Shown here: positions 50,222 through 63,965 of the stretch, one piece after another
How positions within the stretch are numbered: position 1 is the first letter of the stretch
How the letters are laid out: each line of letters opens with the position of its first letter
DNA from: the human T2T-CHM13v2.0 reference genome, Homo sapiens
Assembly (NCBI RefSeq): GCF_009914755.1
Contig: NC_060929.1
Reading direction: 5' to 3' (one strand)
DNA: 64,000 nt
The notes under the pieces: model-generated
Told to the model about the DNA's origin: nothing
Databases searched by the model: none
What the model saw: the letters and a program-made list of their open reading frames with translations, nothing else
Program-made: the position numbers and the translations under genes

Positions 50222-50330
50222 AAATCAGCAATTGAGCTGGTTTTTGGATTTGGAAGAGAGTAACTAAAGCATCCGTATTCCTGGTTACCTTTCTGAGAAC
50301 AGCACAGCAGTGAAAATTTATCCATTTAAT
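50222..50330 (+). repeat. ~110 bp dispersed direct repeat, copy 2
   Basis: matches 47839-47950. Confidence 0.9.
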
Positions 50331-50680
50331 GTGCCCTATATGTTCACAGTAAGTCAGTCACTTTGCTGGGCATTGGGAGCATAAGGGCACATCATTCTTG
50401 TCTTTGAAGAGTTCACAGGGCACTGTAGGACAAGTTAAATATGATTTTACAAAGCAATAATAGAGCGTTGCTGAATAAGAAGACAAAAAAAGTCAGTTAA
50501 CCCATTAGAAGAGATGATGGAAGGGTGGGCAAGGAAGGCTTTCCAGATGGGTGATGCCTGGGCTGATCTTTGAAGGATGAGCAGGAGAAAGCCAGATAGA
50601 TGAGTGGGGAAGGCAACCATGGTAATGGCAGCAGCCTATGCAAAGACATGAAAATATGGAGCACTTGGCAGAGTGATGAG
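50330..50680 (-). mobile_element. L2 3' fragment
   Basis: GCTGGGCATTGGGAG...GGAAGGCTTTCCAGATGGGTGATGCCTGGGCTGATCTTTGAAGGATGAG...TGCAAAGACATG. Confidence 0.65.
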
Positions 50681-50689
50681 AGGACAGAG

Positions 50690-50930
50690 CTATGGTCAAT
50701 ATCATGGGCTTTGAAATCAGAAATCAGACAGACTTTTTATTTGAATGCCATTTCTTCCATTTACTAGTTACATATTAATGCAGATTTACTTGATCTCTCT
50801 AGGCCACAGGGTCCTCATTTGTGAAGAGAAAATAGTATTAATTTGTTATTGACAGAGTTACTTTGGGATGAAATAAAACAATGCATGTAAAGTATCTGAT
50901 ACAAAGTAAACTTTCAAAACATGTCAACTG
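50690..50930 (+). mobile_element. MIR
   Basis: ATGGGCTTTGAAATCAG...TTTACTTGATCTCTCTAGGCCACAGGGTCCTCATTTGT...GCATGTAAAGT. Confidence 0.65.
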
Positions 50931-51529
50931 CTGCTGCTGTTGCTGTTACTGTTTTGGGACTTCAGCTAGATAGAAAAGATCTGAGAGAGGGATGTATGAT
51001 AGAGAGATCAGACATATAGACCCGCCTCAGTCATAAAGGGCATTTCAGACTATTTTAAAGAAAGCTGACCAACACTTATCAGAAATTTCAGTTAGCAGTG
51101 GATGTGTTAATTTATACATTTGTGATACAACAATGCTAAATATTTTGAATTAACTACATTATTTTTTTCCTTGATCATCTAGCTCACTATGATGGTTATG
51201 TGCAACTGGAGCGTTTCGTTTGTTTGCTTTGTTGTTTTAATAGGTTTGTTGATATATTATTGGCAGAATAGTGTATTTTCTTCCTGGCCTTCACAACATA
51301 AGCCAGAATCACTGTGACTTTGCCTCGACCATAGCTTGCACATAGTTGCAGCCATGAAGTAAAAAAGGAGACAAGGACACAGAATCTAGGGTTGTGTGAG
51401 TGGTGACTGGGAAGCAACAAATGTCTCTATTTCTCCTCTTTTTGTGAATAATTTGTTGACCCTGACCTTAAAGAAGCCTAACAAATCTTTACTCCAGACT
51501 GCAGAGCAACTGTAATAAATGTTGCAGGG

Positions 51530-51750
51530 AGTATATCTTTGTGGTTAAGACCTCGGGCTCCAAAGTCAGACTAGATTCAGACTCTGACTCTGCTGCTTAT
51601 CGACATATTGACCTTGGTCCATTTATTTTATGCTATACAGTACCCAAATTTCGCATTTGAAAAAAAAAAAAAGGATATAGAAATAGGCCACTATCTCTTA
51701 CTGTATTCTTGTGAAAAATAAGTGAAATATACACATAAAAACTCTTTTAT
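51530..51750 (+). mobile_element. MIR
   Basis: GTGGTTAAGACCTCGGGCTCCAAAGTCAGAC...TGACCTTGG. Confidence 0.6.
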
Positions 51751-51759
51751 GCATATAGT

Positions 51760-51805
51760 GATGGTAGTGGCAGTGGTGGTGGTGGTGGTGATGATGATGA
51801 TGATG
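51760..51805. repeat. (GGT)n(GAT)n trinucleotide microsatellite
   Basis: GTGGTGGTGGTGGTGGTGATGATGATGATGATG. Confidence 0.9.
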
Positions 51806-53289
51806 TAAGCATTGGTGGCAGCAGCTTTCAGTTCACTAATTCACCCATTATTCAGAAATGCTTATTTTTTCAGTCAATATGTTAGGTACCAGTAGTAGAG
51901 AAATAAAGAAGGTACAGTTTCTGCCCCATGAAAATAAGATGTACTGGGAAAGAAAAACCCCAGAAAAATAAATCAAGTTCTTCATTTTAATACTGGAAAT
52001 ATGTATAACTACAAGAAGATCTGATAAAAACCTACAAGATAATTGTGTGAATGAGACTGAGCCTTTAGAGACATCTAGCTGAGAAAGGTTGCATTGTATA
52101 AAGTCTTTTTGGACTAACAAATAAGAAGTTAACTTTGTGAAGAGTACACAGTGTAAAGATATAAAATAGTCAAATGAAAACAGCATGATAAGCCAGGAAT
52201 CAAGAATTAATGGTTGAAAAGAAGAGCTGATTGATCCCTAGCTGAGGCTAGCTTTAACATGCAGGAAAACAGAAATCCCTAATATTAGCCTCTGTTGGGG
52301 AAAATAATGGCAGATGTGTTCATTCGTCCCAAGGGAAGTCTGTTTTTACTCAATATGGCAATCCCAGATTTCTTTTCAAGCAGAATAGCCCATGAGAAAA
52401 GGCCGGTCTTAGAATTCTGTCTGTCTCTTAGGTTGTCAGAACTAAGAGATCAGCAAAGTCAGTTTCCTAAAGGGCAGTCATAGTCACAATTGCATTAAAA
52501 GCGTCCGGGGAGTTTAAAAAATACACCTTCCTGGAAACCCTTTCCAGATACTTTAAGATTGTTGAACTTTGCTTTGTCACTCACCTCCCCTTCCCACCAC
52601 CACCATGTGATTCTGATAAGCTACTAACTCATCAGTAAACCATTCAGCAGTCACCCCTTTCCCCATGAGCCCCCAAAAGGAAATCCTTATAGTAAATCTT
52701 AAAATCAGAAAGTGGCAAAGTTGGGATTACAATTCAGGTCTTCTAACTCCTAATAGCAGAACTTTTCCTTAGTTCTGCTAATAGCAGAACTTAGACTGTA
52801 GAAAACCTAGAAGACAGTACTGCCTTTTCACCTGCTTTTTAAGATGCCAATTAGAGCAACCGTTAGAGCAATCCTTTTGAATTACAGAAGAGCTTTCAGA
52901 TCAGGAATCACAAAATACCAGGCCGTAGGCTACTTCTGAACACCAGGCAATTTCAATTACTTTACACATAATTTTTTAATGATTTGTAATGGCTTTACAT
53001 TGAGCATGCCTTCCCCAATTGGCCAAAAGCTCCTCCACAGAAAATTGTCTTATACCCGGACACTTTCATTTATATACTTTTTGATCCAGTCCCTTGGGAA
53101 CATTTGAGCTTATGGTCTAAGTTCTATAGAGCCACAGAAAAGCAAAAAAAACTCTACCAGAAAGTAACTTGCTAGCACCATATGAACACATTAACACAGA
53201 TTAATCAATTTGCCTAATAATCTCTTAATCAAAAAATAAAAAAAGGGCAACAAAGATGCGTAGGAACGAAAAAAGTCTCAGAGTGCCTT

Positions 53290-53835
53290 TGGTAGCCAAA
53301 CTACCTTTCTTCCCTTTTTATTCCTCAACATTCTACCACATACCTCTTTCTTTCTAGACATAGCTGACTCATAGAGAGCTGGACACTTATCCCAAGGGCT
53401 ACATTGGGCCCATCAGATTCTTTCTCTGAGAAAATTGCAATTGGTTTACTTAAAGATCATGTCAATCAAATTCAGGCACCAGATCTGTAAAGTGAGGTGC
53501 CCCAAATACCGAGGTCACTTGCAAAGCAAGTTAAGGTGAGTCATCCTTTGTAAATAAGAAGAGGATACTGTCTGAGATAAAGGAAAAAAGATGTATTGGA
53601 GAGAAGAAATGTATACACGTGCTTCCTCAGAGAAAAGCAGACGGAGAGGATAATTGCTTTTATTATATTTAATAGATGGCTTCCCAGGTTTTTTTTTTTT
53701 TCAAGTTCCACATAAGGCATGGCTACAATGTCTGCTCCTGGCTTTGGAGAGATGGCCATTCTCATTTGCTTAGATAAGTTATAGTGGGTTTCAGTTACGT
53801 TCTTACAATCAAACAATCCTTGGCAAAGACAGCCA
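53290..53835 (+). mobile_element. Old MaLR LTR (MLT1J/K/L-like)
   Basis: GGGCCCATCAGATTCTTTCTCTGAG...GGGTTTCAGTTAC...CAATCAAACAATCCTTGGCAAAGACA. Confidence 0.45.
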
Positions 53836-54464
53836 CCTAAGGGATAAACTTTAATCTGAGAGAAGGATAGGGATAGCACAGAACAGGCTGGCATCAGAGG
53901 TCAGCCCAGAGAGTGCATACCATAGATAATGGAGTCCCTAGGAGGGTTTGGAAGCAGTAGACTTTCTGGCAGGGAGTTTAGTGAATTGGGAAAGGAAAAA
54001 GGGAAGATTCATTCCCATGGAAAGAAAATGTGGGAGGAGGAGAGTGCAGCTTATGAAAGTGATGACACCAATGACAAATTTTACCTACTTTATAATTTTA
54101 ACACACACTGTCCCTGAGCCTGTGAAATATCTTTTTAAGGCCATATCTACATCAAAGCTGTAAACACCAAGGCTGTTTAGGGTATTTCCATTCACTGAAT
54201 TAATTAGCAGACATTTTAACTGAATCAGACCATTTCAAAGACTATATTTTCTTAACTGTTTTTATTATAAAAAAGAATAGTTGCATTTTTGCAATTTCAG
54301 CTACAGTAAACTTTGAAGTATAATCTGAAGTATAAACAAGTTTATTGGGATGCCACTGAAGCCATATGTGTGAGTCTGAACTGCTCTACAGCCACCTCAG
54401 AGCCTCCACAGCTATCAGTAAGCATGGTAAGATCAGACTGTGCTCCTTAGGTTTCTGTCTAGCT

Positions 54465-54762
54465 TAGGGCTCCCCATCCCCTGGGCCACAGACTGGTACC
54501 AGTCGGTGGCCTGTTAAGAACTGGGCCTTACAGCAGGCCGGGCGAGCCCGCATTACTGCTTGAGCTCCGCCTCCTATCAGAACATTAGATTCTCATAGGA
54601 GTGCGAACCCTATCGTAAACTGTGCATGCAAGGGATCTAGGTTGTGAGCTCCTTATGAGAATCTATTATCTCCCTACCACCCACCCCCACCACGTCCACG
54701 TCTGTGGAAAAATTGTCTTCCATGAACTTGGTTGCTGGTGCCAAAGAGTTTGGGGACTGCTG
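54465..54762 (+). mobile_element. MER1B hAT-Charlie element
   Basis: GGGCCACAGACTGGTACCAGTCGGTGGCCTGTTAAGAAC...GGTGCCAAAGAGTTTGGGGACTGCTG; degenerate 8-bp TSD. Confidence 0.88.
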
Positions 54763-56228
54763 CTCCAGCTCAAACATTTCCTGATAGCAGGTGTCTAAGC
54801 TGCAATGGAAGCCAATTCATACACCCTTAGAGTGAGTATGTGCGGTCTGAAGCTCTGGGTTTAAGAAAATACCCCGCTGTTCAACTGTTACTACAGGCCT
54901 CCCATCCTTTCCTCATGTAAAAACAGAGGTCTTGGTTCATCCACATCTGCTTTAAAGTTTATTATCTTTTACTAAATGCACAATTGAAGCAACAAAAAGG
55001 AAGAGGAAGGATCCCTTCGGGCTTAGGCTTAGGATCCTGAACCCCACCTCATGAAAACATTTTCTCTATCTCTGACCCATGTGGTGAAGAATGAAGAATC
55101 ATCCGACCATCAGCTAACTTAGACTTTTTAATTATTTGGCTATGATGAAATAAGGAGCTCATCAGTGAAATTAACAATCTTGGATCAGAAAATTTTTAGT
55201 TCTAGCCAGAGAAAAGAGGACATTTATTTGACTTTTTATTCTTCCAACATTAAATTTCACTAGATTATAATGACAAATTATCCTTTGATCTGATGCTATT
55301 GGTTATTTTTATGTGGACGTCAAGAAGATGAACGTAGTCTGACATTTTAAAATCCTTTGTAAACTCAAACATAAAATCCATGGAAACTCTAGGTTAGTAC
55401 TATAATGCTTACTGAATGAATGCTTAACTATGGTTTTCTTAGACTGAAGGTAGATTTTTCACGACACTGAAACAAATAGAAGCTAGGCTTATGATAGTTT
55501 TATAAACAATAGTAAATTGTAATATTATAGGGTATGATTTAAGAGTGGGAAAAATCAACCTGTACTTCTGTGACACGTCATGAACTAGTTTTTTTCAATG
55601 TTGATTTTAATCTAATAAAGTGAAAATACCATATAAAAAGGTTGTGTAGTATTTGCACACACAAAAATTGCCATCTGAAAATATTTGTGGAAACCTATTT
55701 TTATGCCTGAATCTAAGTTGAATGCATAATTTAGTACTTATTTTCTGAACAAATAGTCTGGAAAAATTTCATGCACAATTGATGATAATATGAGTGTGCA
55801 GTCCATGGCTGGAGTTCATTAACGTATTCATTCTGTATAAGCTCTGTGTGCAAATTTAAATAGTAGTTTTCCAAAAAATGGCTCATAATAACTCCAAAAC
55901 ATCAAAACCACTCATTCTTACTATCGATGGTGGAGCCCAAAGACTTCCACATGTTGAGCAAATATTTTGGAAGACAATTTCCAACTCTTAAAAAATTATA
56001 ACAATATGAATATAATTTGCATTCAGATTAAACTTAATACAAAATTAAAAAAGAAAACTGCAATATATAAAACAAAAATTTCATATGGAAATAAAGGGGA
56101 AAGTATGTGTGTGTCTATGTGAGTGCATGTGTGTGTACAAAATTTCTAGTGACATCTCCAAAATATTTGTTTTCATTTTTGTTTTGTCTTTCATATTGTG
56201 ATTCTGTGACTTCAAAAGTAGATTTTTA

Positions 56229-56627
56229 AAGCCAGGCACAGAAAGACAAATATCACATGATCTCACTCATATATGGAATCTAAAAATTTGTTCTTGTATA
56301 AGTGGAGAGTAGAATCATAATTACCAGAGGATGAAGGGGGCAATGAGAGATTGGAAGATGAGTACAAGCTACAATTAGAAGACAGAAATTCAGGTGGTCT
56401 ATTGCATAGTAGTATGACTAGAGTTAACAACATGGTAGTGTATGTTTCAAAATAACTACCAGATAGGTTTTGAAATGTCCTCATCACAAAGAACTGATAA
56501 ATGTTTAAGGTTGATGGATATACTAATTACTCTGGTTTGATCATTAGACAATTTATACATGTGTAGGGAAACATCACATTGTACCCCACAAATATGTACA
56601 ATGATTATGTATCATTCATAATCTTTT
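56229..56627 (+). mobile_element. L1MA 3' end with TSD AAAGTAGATTTTTA
   Basis: AAGCCAGGCACAGAAAGACAAATATCACATGATCTCACTCATATATGGAATCTAAAAA; TSD at ~56215 and ~56628. Confidence 0.85.
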
Positions 56628-56664
56628 AAAGTAGATTTTTATGTACACTTGACAATTGGTGAGA

Positions 56665-56818
56665 ATAAACTTTGAGTGTTTTCACTATAAAAGCATGATA
56701 AGTTTGTGACGTAATGCATATTGTAAAAAGCTTGAGTTAGCCATTACACAATGTATGTTTATCAAAACAACACGCTATACTCTAAATATTTACAATTTTA
56801 TTTTTCAATTAAAAAATA
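56665..56818 (+). mobile_element. Second L1MA 3'-terminal fragment
   Basis: ATGATAAGTTTGTGACGTAATGCATAT...TAGCCATTACACAATGTAT...TTTTTCAATTAAAAAATAA. Confidence 0.7.
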
Positions 56819-57197
<379 letters not shown>

Positions 57198-59885
57198 TTA
57201 AAATAAAGAATATTTAAATATTATTTTTCTAAGAAAAGTTTTGTTTATCCGTATGAACTAGAAATCCCCAAATCCCCTCTTTAAATTTTATCTTACTGAG
57301 CATATGTGTAAATACTTCTCTTGGGCAGGCAGAAGAGGTTCTGCTATGATTGGTGCACAAACGTTGCGTGCTTTATTTGATGTACAATTAATTGCTTCAA
57401 GTTGGTTATGGTGTGGCAGAATAATTCATTTGTCTTAATTGAGTTGCAGTTTTGTGAATTATTATTTCAAAGAAAGAAGAATAATTGCTAGAAATAAATA
57501 GAATATTTTAAATAAACATGCTTTCCGAAATATAACCCAAACCTAAGGCATTATTTTGCTTTATATGGTGTATAATACAATGCTTTAAATTTTTAGACAT
57601 CTCATTTATTGAAATGTATAATACTGGGTATTTTTTATAATTTCAATAGTTTCTACATTTTAATACTTGATACATGATTTTTTATATTATCAGTAAAAGT
57701 AAACATACCTTAATGAATCCTCTATAAACAAATAACTGATAAATCAATGAAACTTCTGTAGGAAAACATTGTCTACAAACCAAGATTACATATATAAAGG
57801 TTCAGTTTTGCAAGAGTATGCCTTTCAGCACTGATGCATTACATAAGAGGACTTGACAAGGTTGGAATTTGTGTTACTAATGGAAATTATTTCTTCAAGA
57901 ATTAACCTTTAGGCTAAAAAGAATGACAGATATTCAAATAATCTCAAATGAGTATTTAAATTGAAAATTTCTATTCATTCCTGCCCCCCAACAGAACTTC
58001 CATTCTGGATTCCAGTGTCTCATACACACAATTGAATTCTTAACAGCTGCCATTCAAAAGAACTGCAGAGGACCATTTGAAAGTAATATTTTGCTCTGTG
58101 TGACATCTCATTTTTTTTCCCTCAGAAATCATAATTTTTTTACACACCTTGTAGTCTTCCTAACAAGAAACCAGCTCTGCCTGTCATTTTGATTGGGGAG
58201 GAACCTTGTTTTCCAGGTCACTGGCTTGAATCCTGGAGACAAGATATTCATGAGGGACCAGTATGGGGAATTTACATCTCGGTGGAGAGTTTTCCTCTCC
58301 ATTTGCCAGCATGCCAGGTCAGTGAGCCGCTCTGTCAGAGGGAAGATAATGGTTGCTGTAGTGGCCCCCGCTTATTACACATTCAATGCTTCTGACCTTC
58401 TTGGGAGACCCCCCAAAAGCCTTCTGATTTGGGGCATCCCTCTACCCTTTAAGGCCTTTTCACATCTAGATCATCCTGTTTAAAATACAACATTATTCAT
58501 GTCTTTGAGGGAGGCTACCCTTCAATGCCAGATTTTATACTTTTTCTCCCTCTAAAAACTTTCTGACTATGCAAAGGAATAAAAACAAAATTGTTTCATT
58601 TTTAAGATGAACTTTAAGAAACACTCAAGATCAAGGCATTCAATTTAGTAAAAATAAAGTAGAAGAAAATAATCAATGTGATTGAAAGGAAAAAAACTCA
58701 GTTTGTCCACCTCTATTTACAACTTGAATGAGACATCCTTGTAACAAACATTTTTGTATTTGTTTTGTATTTTTGACATCAAAATAGCAAATTTTACTTT
58801 TAAAGAAATTAAATTAAAAATATATAATTTAGTAGAGCATATTGCTGTCTTAGGACTTGGCAATGTTAGAAATGATGACTCTTCTTGTGTTTATTCCTTA
58901 ATTTGATTCTTTTCTTTATAATGAGATGGATATTTCAGGACACCAAGAGACGGAGACAAAAGCAGAGAGATAACTGTGCCTTTATTTTCTCTCCCAGGCA
59001 TTCAGATGTTATCTAAAATAATTCTGCTCTCTACCTTATTTTTCAAAAATTTCTTTTAACAACCAAACAAGCATCCCTCTGACCACTTGGATGAGGATCC
59101 AATAGAGAGAGATTTACATGCAAAGCATGGTATCAAAACTGAATGACTTCCTCAAAGTAGGGAAGGAAGTATTACTTCCTCTGGAACAGAGTAGGTGGAC
59201 CAGAGGTAGTTTTTAGTCACAACTTTCTACCTCATGTACGATACATTCACTGGTGACAACAACAAGCAAGGATGATACCTTCGTTAGAGTGACTGTCACA
59301 AGAATTTTCCAAACATTCTGTATTTTCCATCTTTAAGTTAAAATGTATTTGTTGGCAAGAAGGGCATGCATGCTCCCATCCAACTTTTAAAACTCCTATA
59401 GATTAAAAATTACATATTTTCTCCAAAATTGGAAACATAATTACTTGCTGAAGTTGAAAGACTATTGGTGTATTTCCACTAATTAATATCTTTTGTAGGT
59501 TTCTTAATTTAAAATTTTAAATCTGAATCTTGACAATGTGCTAGAATCATCTGACTGCTACATAAGATGACAACAACAAAAAACAGAGTCATTACAGTAT
59601 ATGAGCTTGCATTTTGCAAGTATAAATGTGTAGTAAACATTAAGACTGCTTTGGTGGAGGTGGAAATTTTTAAAAAATCTATCTAAATTTTTAAAAAGTG
59701 AAATTTCTGAAAGTCCAGTTTCATGCCAGTTGCCTTGGGATATTTTCCATTCAGATTCTACATGTATTAGGAACACAGCAATTAGTCCTGTAAATGACAA
59801 AACACAGAAAATCACAAAGGTGAGCCCTATCAGCCTTTAACATTCACATTGAGGGACTAGCTTCCAGGAAAGGTTCAGATTTTAT

Positions 59886-61850
59886 CAGAGGTTTACCAAC
59901 ATTTTGGTGTCAGAACCTCTCTCACTCTTAAAAGACATTGAGGACCCCAAAAGCTTTTGTTTATGTAGGTTATGTCTATTGACATTTAACACATTCAGGA
60001 ATTAAAACAGTATTTTTAATGCTTATGTATTAATCCATTTAAAATAATTTCATTTAAAAGTAACAGAAATAAACCTATTACATGTTAATATAAATAACAT
60101 ATTATTTATTTAAAATAACTGTATTTCCCCAAACAAAATAGTGAGATGAATAGCATTGTTCACATTTTTTAATGTCTGGGTTAATAGAACATAGACTTTC
60201 TCAACTACTTCAGCATTTAATCTAATTCAGTATGCTGGCTTTGTTGAACTGTATGAGGAAAATTTGATGTTGCTCAAGAATATAGTTTGAAAATCAAAGA
60301 GTATTTTAACAACCTTTTAGGAAAATAGAGTATATTTTTTCATTGATACTATACCAAAACTCAACCTGTGGTAATTTCTAATGGCTAGTTCTAATGTGGA
60401 CTCTGAACTTACAGAAGATGAACATTTTATACTATTGAAACTGCCCTTATAAACTTTATAAAATTCATCTTGGAAGAAGGGATGGGGAGAAACAAAAATC
60501 AACCAAGCTTGCAGCACATTCAGCGTTAATCACGAAGTCAGCATACTCTAACCTGCTTCCTAAAAGTTGTTTGTGCCTATTGTCCTGGAATCACATAGAC
60601 CCTATTACAAGATTATAGCTCCCCTAAACTGCTCTGTAGATAATGACTTGAACATTATGAAACATTAAGTTTTCCCTCTGATATATTCTTTTAGGTCCTG
60701 TATAACAGTGAAACTATGTGCATCAGCTGGTCTGAATTACCCCACAAGAAGCTGATTCACCAGAGAATGCGGCTTTCATATCCTGATGATTTCATACCCC
60801 TCTCCCCACTCAATCAACAAACCCAAATTTTCAGTCCCTCATCCTCCAGGACCCCCTTAAAAACCCCAGTCCAGAATTCCTCAGGGAGATGGATTTGAAG
60901 GTCTCCTCCCGCCTCTTTCCTCAGAACCTGGCAATCATTAAACTCTTTCTCTGATGCAAACCTTGCTGTCTCAGTGTAATTGGTCTGTTATTGTGCAGTG
61001 GGCACACGAACGCATTGGTCCTATAACACCATGTTATATTAAGTCATTAGTCATTTTTTATGATAATCTTTTTTCACTTTAAATAAATGTTTTATCTAGC
61101 TGTGCATGATTTTATAACACCATGAAATGATATTTGGAGAATTTCGGAACACTGAGTGATGTGTTTCAAATATTGACATGTTGAATTATATAGTACAAAA
61201 AAATCCCATTTGTAAATATTACTACAGATCACATTATAAAAATCTTCAAGTATTGGGAAAGTGTCAAATTCAATGTGGGGAAACAAGTGTTAAGTTCTAA
61301 TTTTTGTTTGAAATTTTTATCTTTGGCAATAATAAGTACTGTCAGTTGCTTTCCTTGAAGTGACAGGCTCACTTTGCTCACTTTCAAAAAAATATCTTCC
61401 ACATATCCTAGTCTTCATAACCATAGTTTGTCAGTTGTCCCTTCAAGTATAAACAGTGCTCAAAGAAAAAAAAATGTGACTAATTTACCTTGTAACTCAT
61501 GAGGTCACATACATTTTTTTGAGTAATAAACCATCACATTTTAGTATGCAGCAGAAGTGCTTTCCAAATATTCCTGTTTGTCACAGAATATTAAAATCAG
61601 AATATTAAATAGTCTCAAGGATCAGGATCTAATAAAATTATTAATTTTTACTCCTTTATCAAGGACATCCTGAAATAAAACTGCCAGTACAGTTTGGCTT
61701 CACTGCCTTGATTAATACTATGGTATCATCAGGGCAAATAATACAGCAAAAAAGGCAAAGAAGATGTAGTATTATTAGGAAGACAGTTTGACCTCATGAA
61801 GCCAGTGAACAAGTCTCAAGAACTCCTAGATAACACTTAGAGAACCTCTA
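59886..61850. mobile_element. Charlie1 (a/b) hAT DNA transposon, split by an LTR
   Basis: ACTCTTAAAAGACATTGAGGACCCCAAAAGCTTTTGTTTATGT...; CAGTTGCTTTCCTTGAAGTGACAGGCTCACTTTG; TIR-like ends. Confidence 0.75.
60436..61028 (+). mobile_element. ERV1 solo LTR, LTR26-like
   Basis: TGAAACTGCCCTTATAAACTTTATAAAATT...CCAAGCTTGCAGCACATTCAGC...GGTCCTATAACA; TSD CTAT/CCAT. Confidence 0.75.
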
Positions 61851-62329
61851 GGTTTTGCAAACTTGCTTCTACCAGCCAATTCTAAGCAGTTCAGGGAAGT
61901 TAATGAGCATAGTACTTCAGGGATTACCAGTAGTAAAGGACTCATACCCATCAAATTCTTAACTTCAACTAGCTACAAAAAGGATTTTCCCAAATTGTAA
62001 AGGAGGCGAACAGCCCAGTGATAACAGAGCATGCTACCTAGCACTACCCTAGAGAATCTGTATACATCATACACAAAAGTGTTTTTGTAGATCCTGAGAT
62101 GTCTTTTATGTCATTGGGTAACATTTTCTCAATGTGTGAGGAACTAAAAAAAAATGTTTACACCCATAATACTAACAAAATTTGTAAATTATCTTCATAG
62201 ACACACAGTGGTAGATAGATTAGACATATCTAATTAGAAATATATTTGACTAGCTCAAAAATGTATATACTCTTTAATGTGTAATTTTAATATTAAAAAT
62301 GATCTACTATCAATTGTTTGGGTATATCA

Positions 62330-62575
62330 ATAGCAACTAACATTAATTGAAATAGATACTTTTCCTAGTGTTTAACAGAAATTATTTCATTGTATTTCAC
62401 AGCAACCCAAATAAGTAGGCACTTTCATTATCCTCACGTTAAACATAAGATCACATAAACACAGAGGATTAAGTAAATTCCCCAAGGTTAGATAGCTAGT
62501 AACTGGTAAAACCAGAACTTGAAGCTGAAGTTGAAGTCTATAGCCTGTGTATTCAGTTACCAAAGTACACTACCA
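62330..62575 (-). mobile_element. MIR
   Basis: CACAGAGGATTAAGTAAATTCCCCAAGGT...AGCTAGTAACTGG...CCAGAACTTGAA. Confidence 0.65.
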
Positions 62576-63076
62576 GTAAAGAGATAAATGTGTTTTGAAA
62601 TTTCAATATATTTGAAATGTTCTAAATATATTCTAAATACTAAGACATCAGAGCATTACTAAATTTTTGCAATCAATTATGTGTACTTTTAATAAAATAA
62701 AATGGTCTTAGCATTCCAATTTTAGACTACTTACAAGTAGAACTCTTAGATTTAAGGTTAGAAAAGTCATAATGTTATTTCATACATATTTCTTATTCTA
62801 ACCACTGTCCAGTTTTTCTTGCAAGTTTGAAATGGAGTTTGATTGTTGTGGTTAAAACCTGCTTCATATGTATCTTGTTATATCTCATTAGTGGATGTTT
62901 GAAATTGCTTTTAAATCTCAGGAACTATTTCAAATTATTTCTGTTATTACATGGTAATAGTACTATATAAAAAATCTCCACCAGTATAAATTTCTATGTA
63001 AACACAGCATATGTGCATATCACATCATAATTAGCATTCTTTAGTTCTTTTGGCAAATATTTTGGGGGTATACAAC

Positions 63077-63466
63077 TCTATGGACTGAATTGTGTCCCCC
63101 CAAAAATCCAATAGTTGAAGCCCTAATCTCTAATGTGACTGTATTTGGAGACAGAATTCTTAAGGAGATAATTAGGTTAAACAAGGTCATAAGAGTGGTG
63201 ACCTAATTCAAGAGAATTGGTATCCTTATAAAGAAAAGAGAGAGATACCAGAGCTCTCTCCTCACCCACACTGAGAAAAGGCCATGTGAGGAAAGAGCGA
63301 GAAGGCAGCCTTCGCCAAGCCAGGAAGATCACCTTCACTGAAAGCAGCCCTCACAACACCTTGATCTAGGACTTTTTAGCTTCCAGAACTGTGAGAAAAT
63401 AAATTTCTGTTGTTTTAGCTAAGCAGTCTGTGGCATTTTGTTATAGCAGCCTAAGCTAATAGAACA
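63077..63466 (+). mobile_element. MLT1A-like MaLR solo LTR
   Basis: TATGGACTGAATTGTGTCCCCCCAAAA...AATGTGACTGTATTTGGAG...CCAGAACTGTGAGAAAATAAATTTCTGTTG...TTTTGTTATAGCAGCC. Confidence 0.85.
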
Positions 63467-63564
63467 CACCACAGACATTTTTAATCACATGACATATTAA
63501 TCTCCAGATAAAATCAGTGTTGACATCATTTCAACACACTAAAGAGATAAAATAAAAGCTAGTT

Positions 63565-63620
<56 letters not shown>
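63565..63620. repeat. (CA)14(GA)14 compound microsatellite
   Basis: direct reading. Confidence 0.95.
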
Positions 63621-63623
<3 letters not shown>

Positions 63624-63784
63624 CATGTTTTCTCACTTAAAAATAACCCTTTGGTTAACACTGTTTTTTCATCTGGTCCAGACTTGAAGTTAAGCATAAT
63701 ATTTAAAAAAATAAAAGGCCTAGCCAGAATCAAATTTTCAGATCTGTAAAAGAGCTCAATCCAAGCACTAATGAAGTTAAATAA

Positions 63785-63965
63785 AAAGAGGACTTCGAAT
63801 TGGATTGGATTTGGATTTTTGGATTCAAATCTCAGATCCTGAGCAAATCATGGAACTTTTTACACTACGAGATTATTGTACGTTAAAAGGTAATAACAAT
63901 ACTTTTCTCACTGGTCTGTTGTGATAATCAAATAAGAGAGGATATCTAGAAGCATACCTCGCTTT
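63785..63965 (+). mobile_element. MIR fragment
   Basis: GGATTCAAATCTCAG...CCTGAGCAAATCA...GGTAATAACAATAC...GTTGTGATAATCAAATAAG. Confidence 0.5.

Noticed and set aside
54310-54335. Tiny tandem duplications (TGAAGTATAA x2; also ~23440, ~52851, ~61584)
   Set aside because: Ordinary 10-13 bp slippage events
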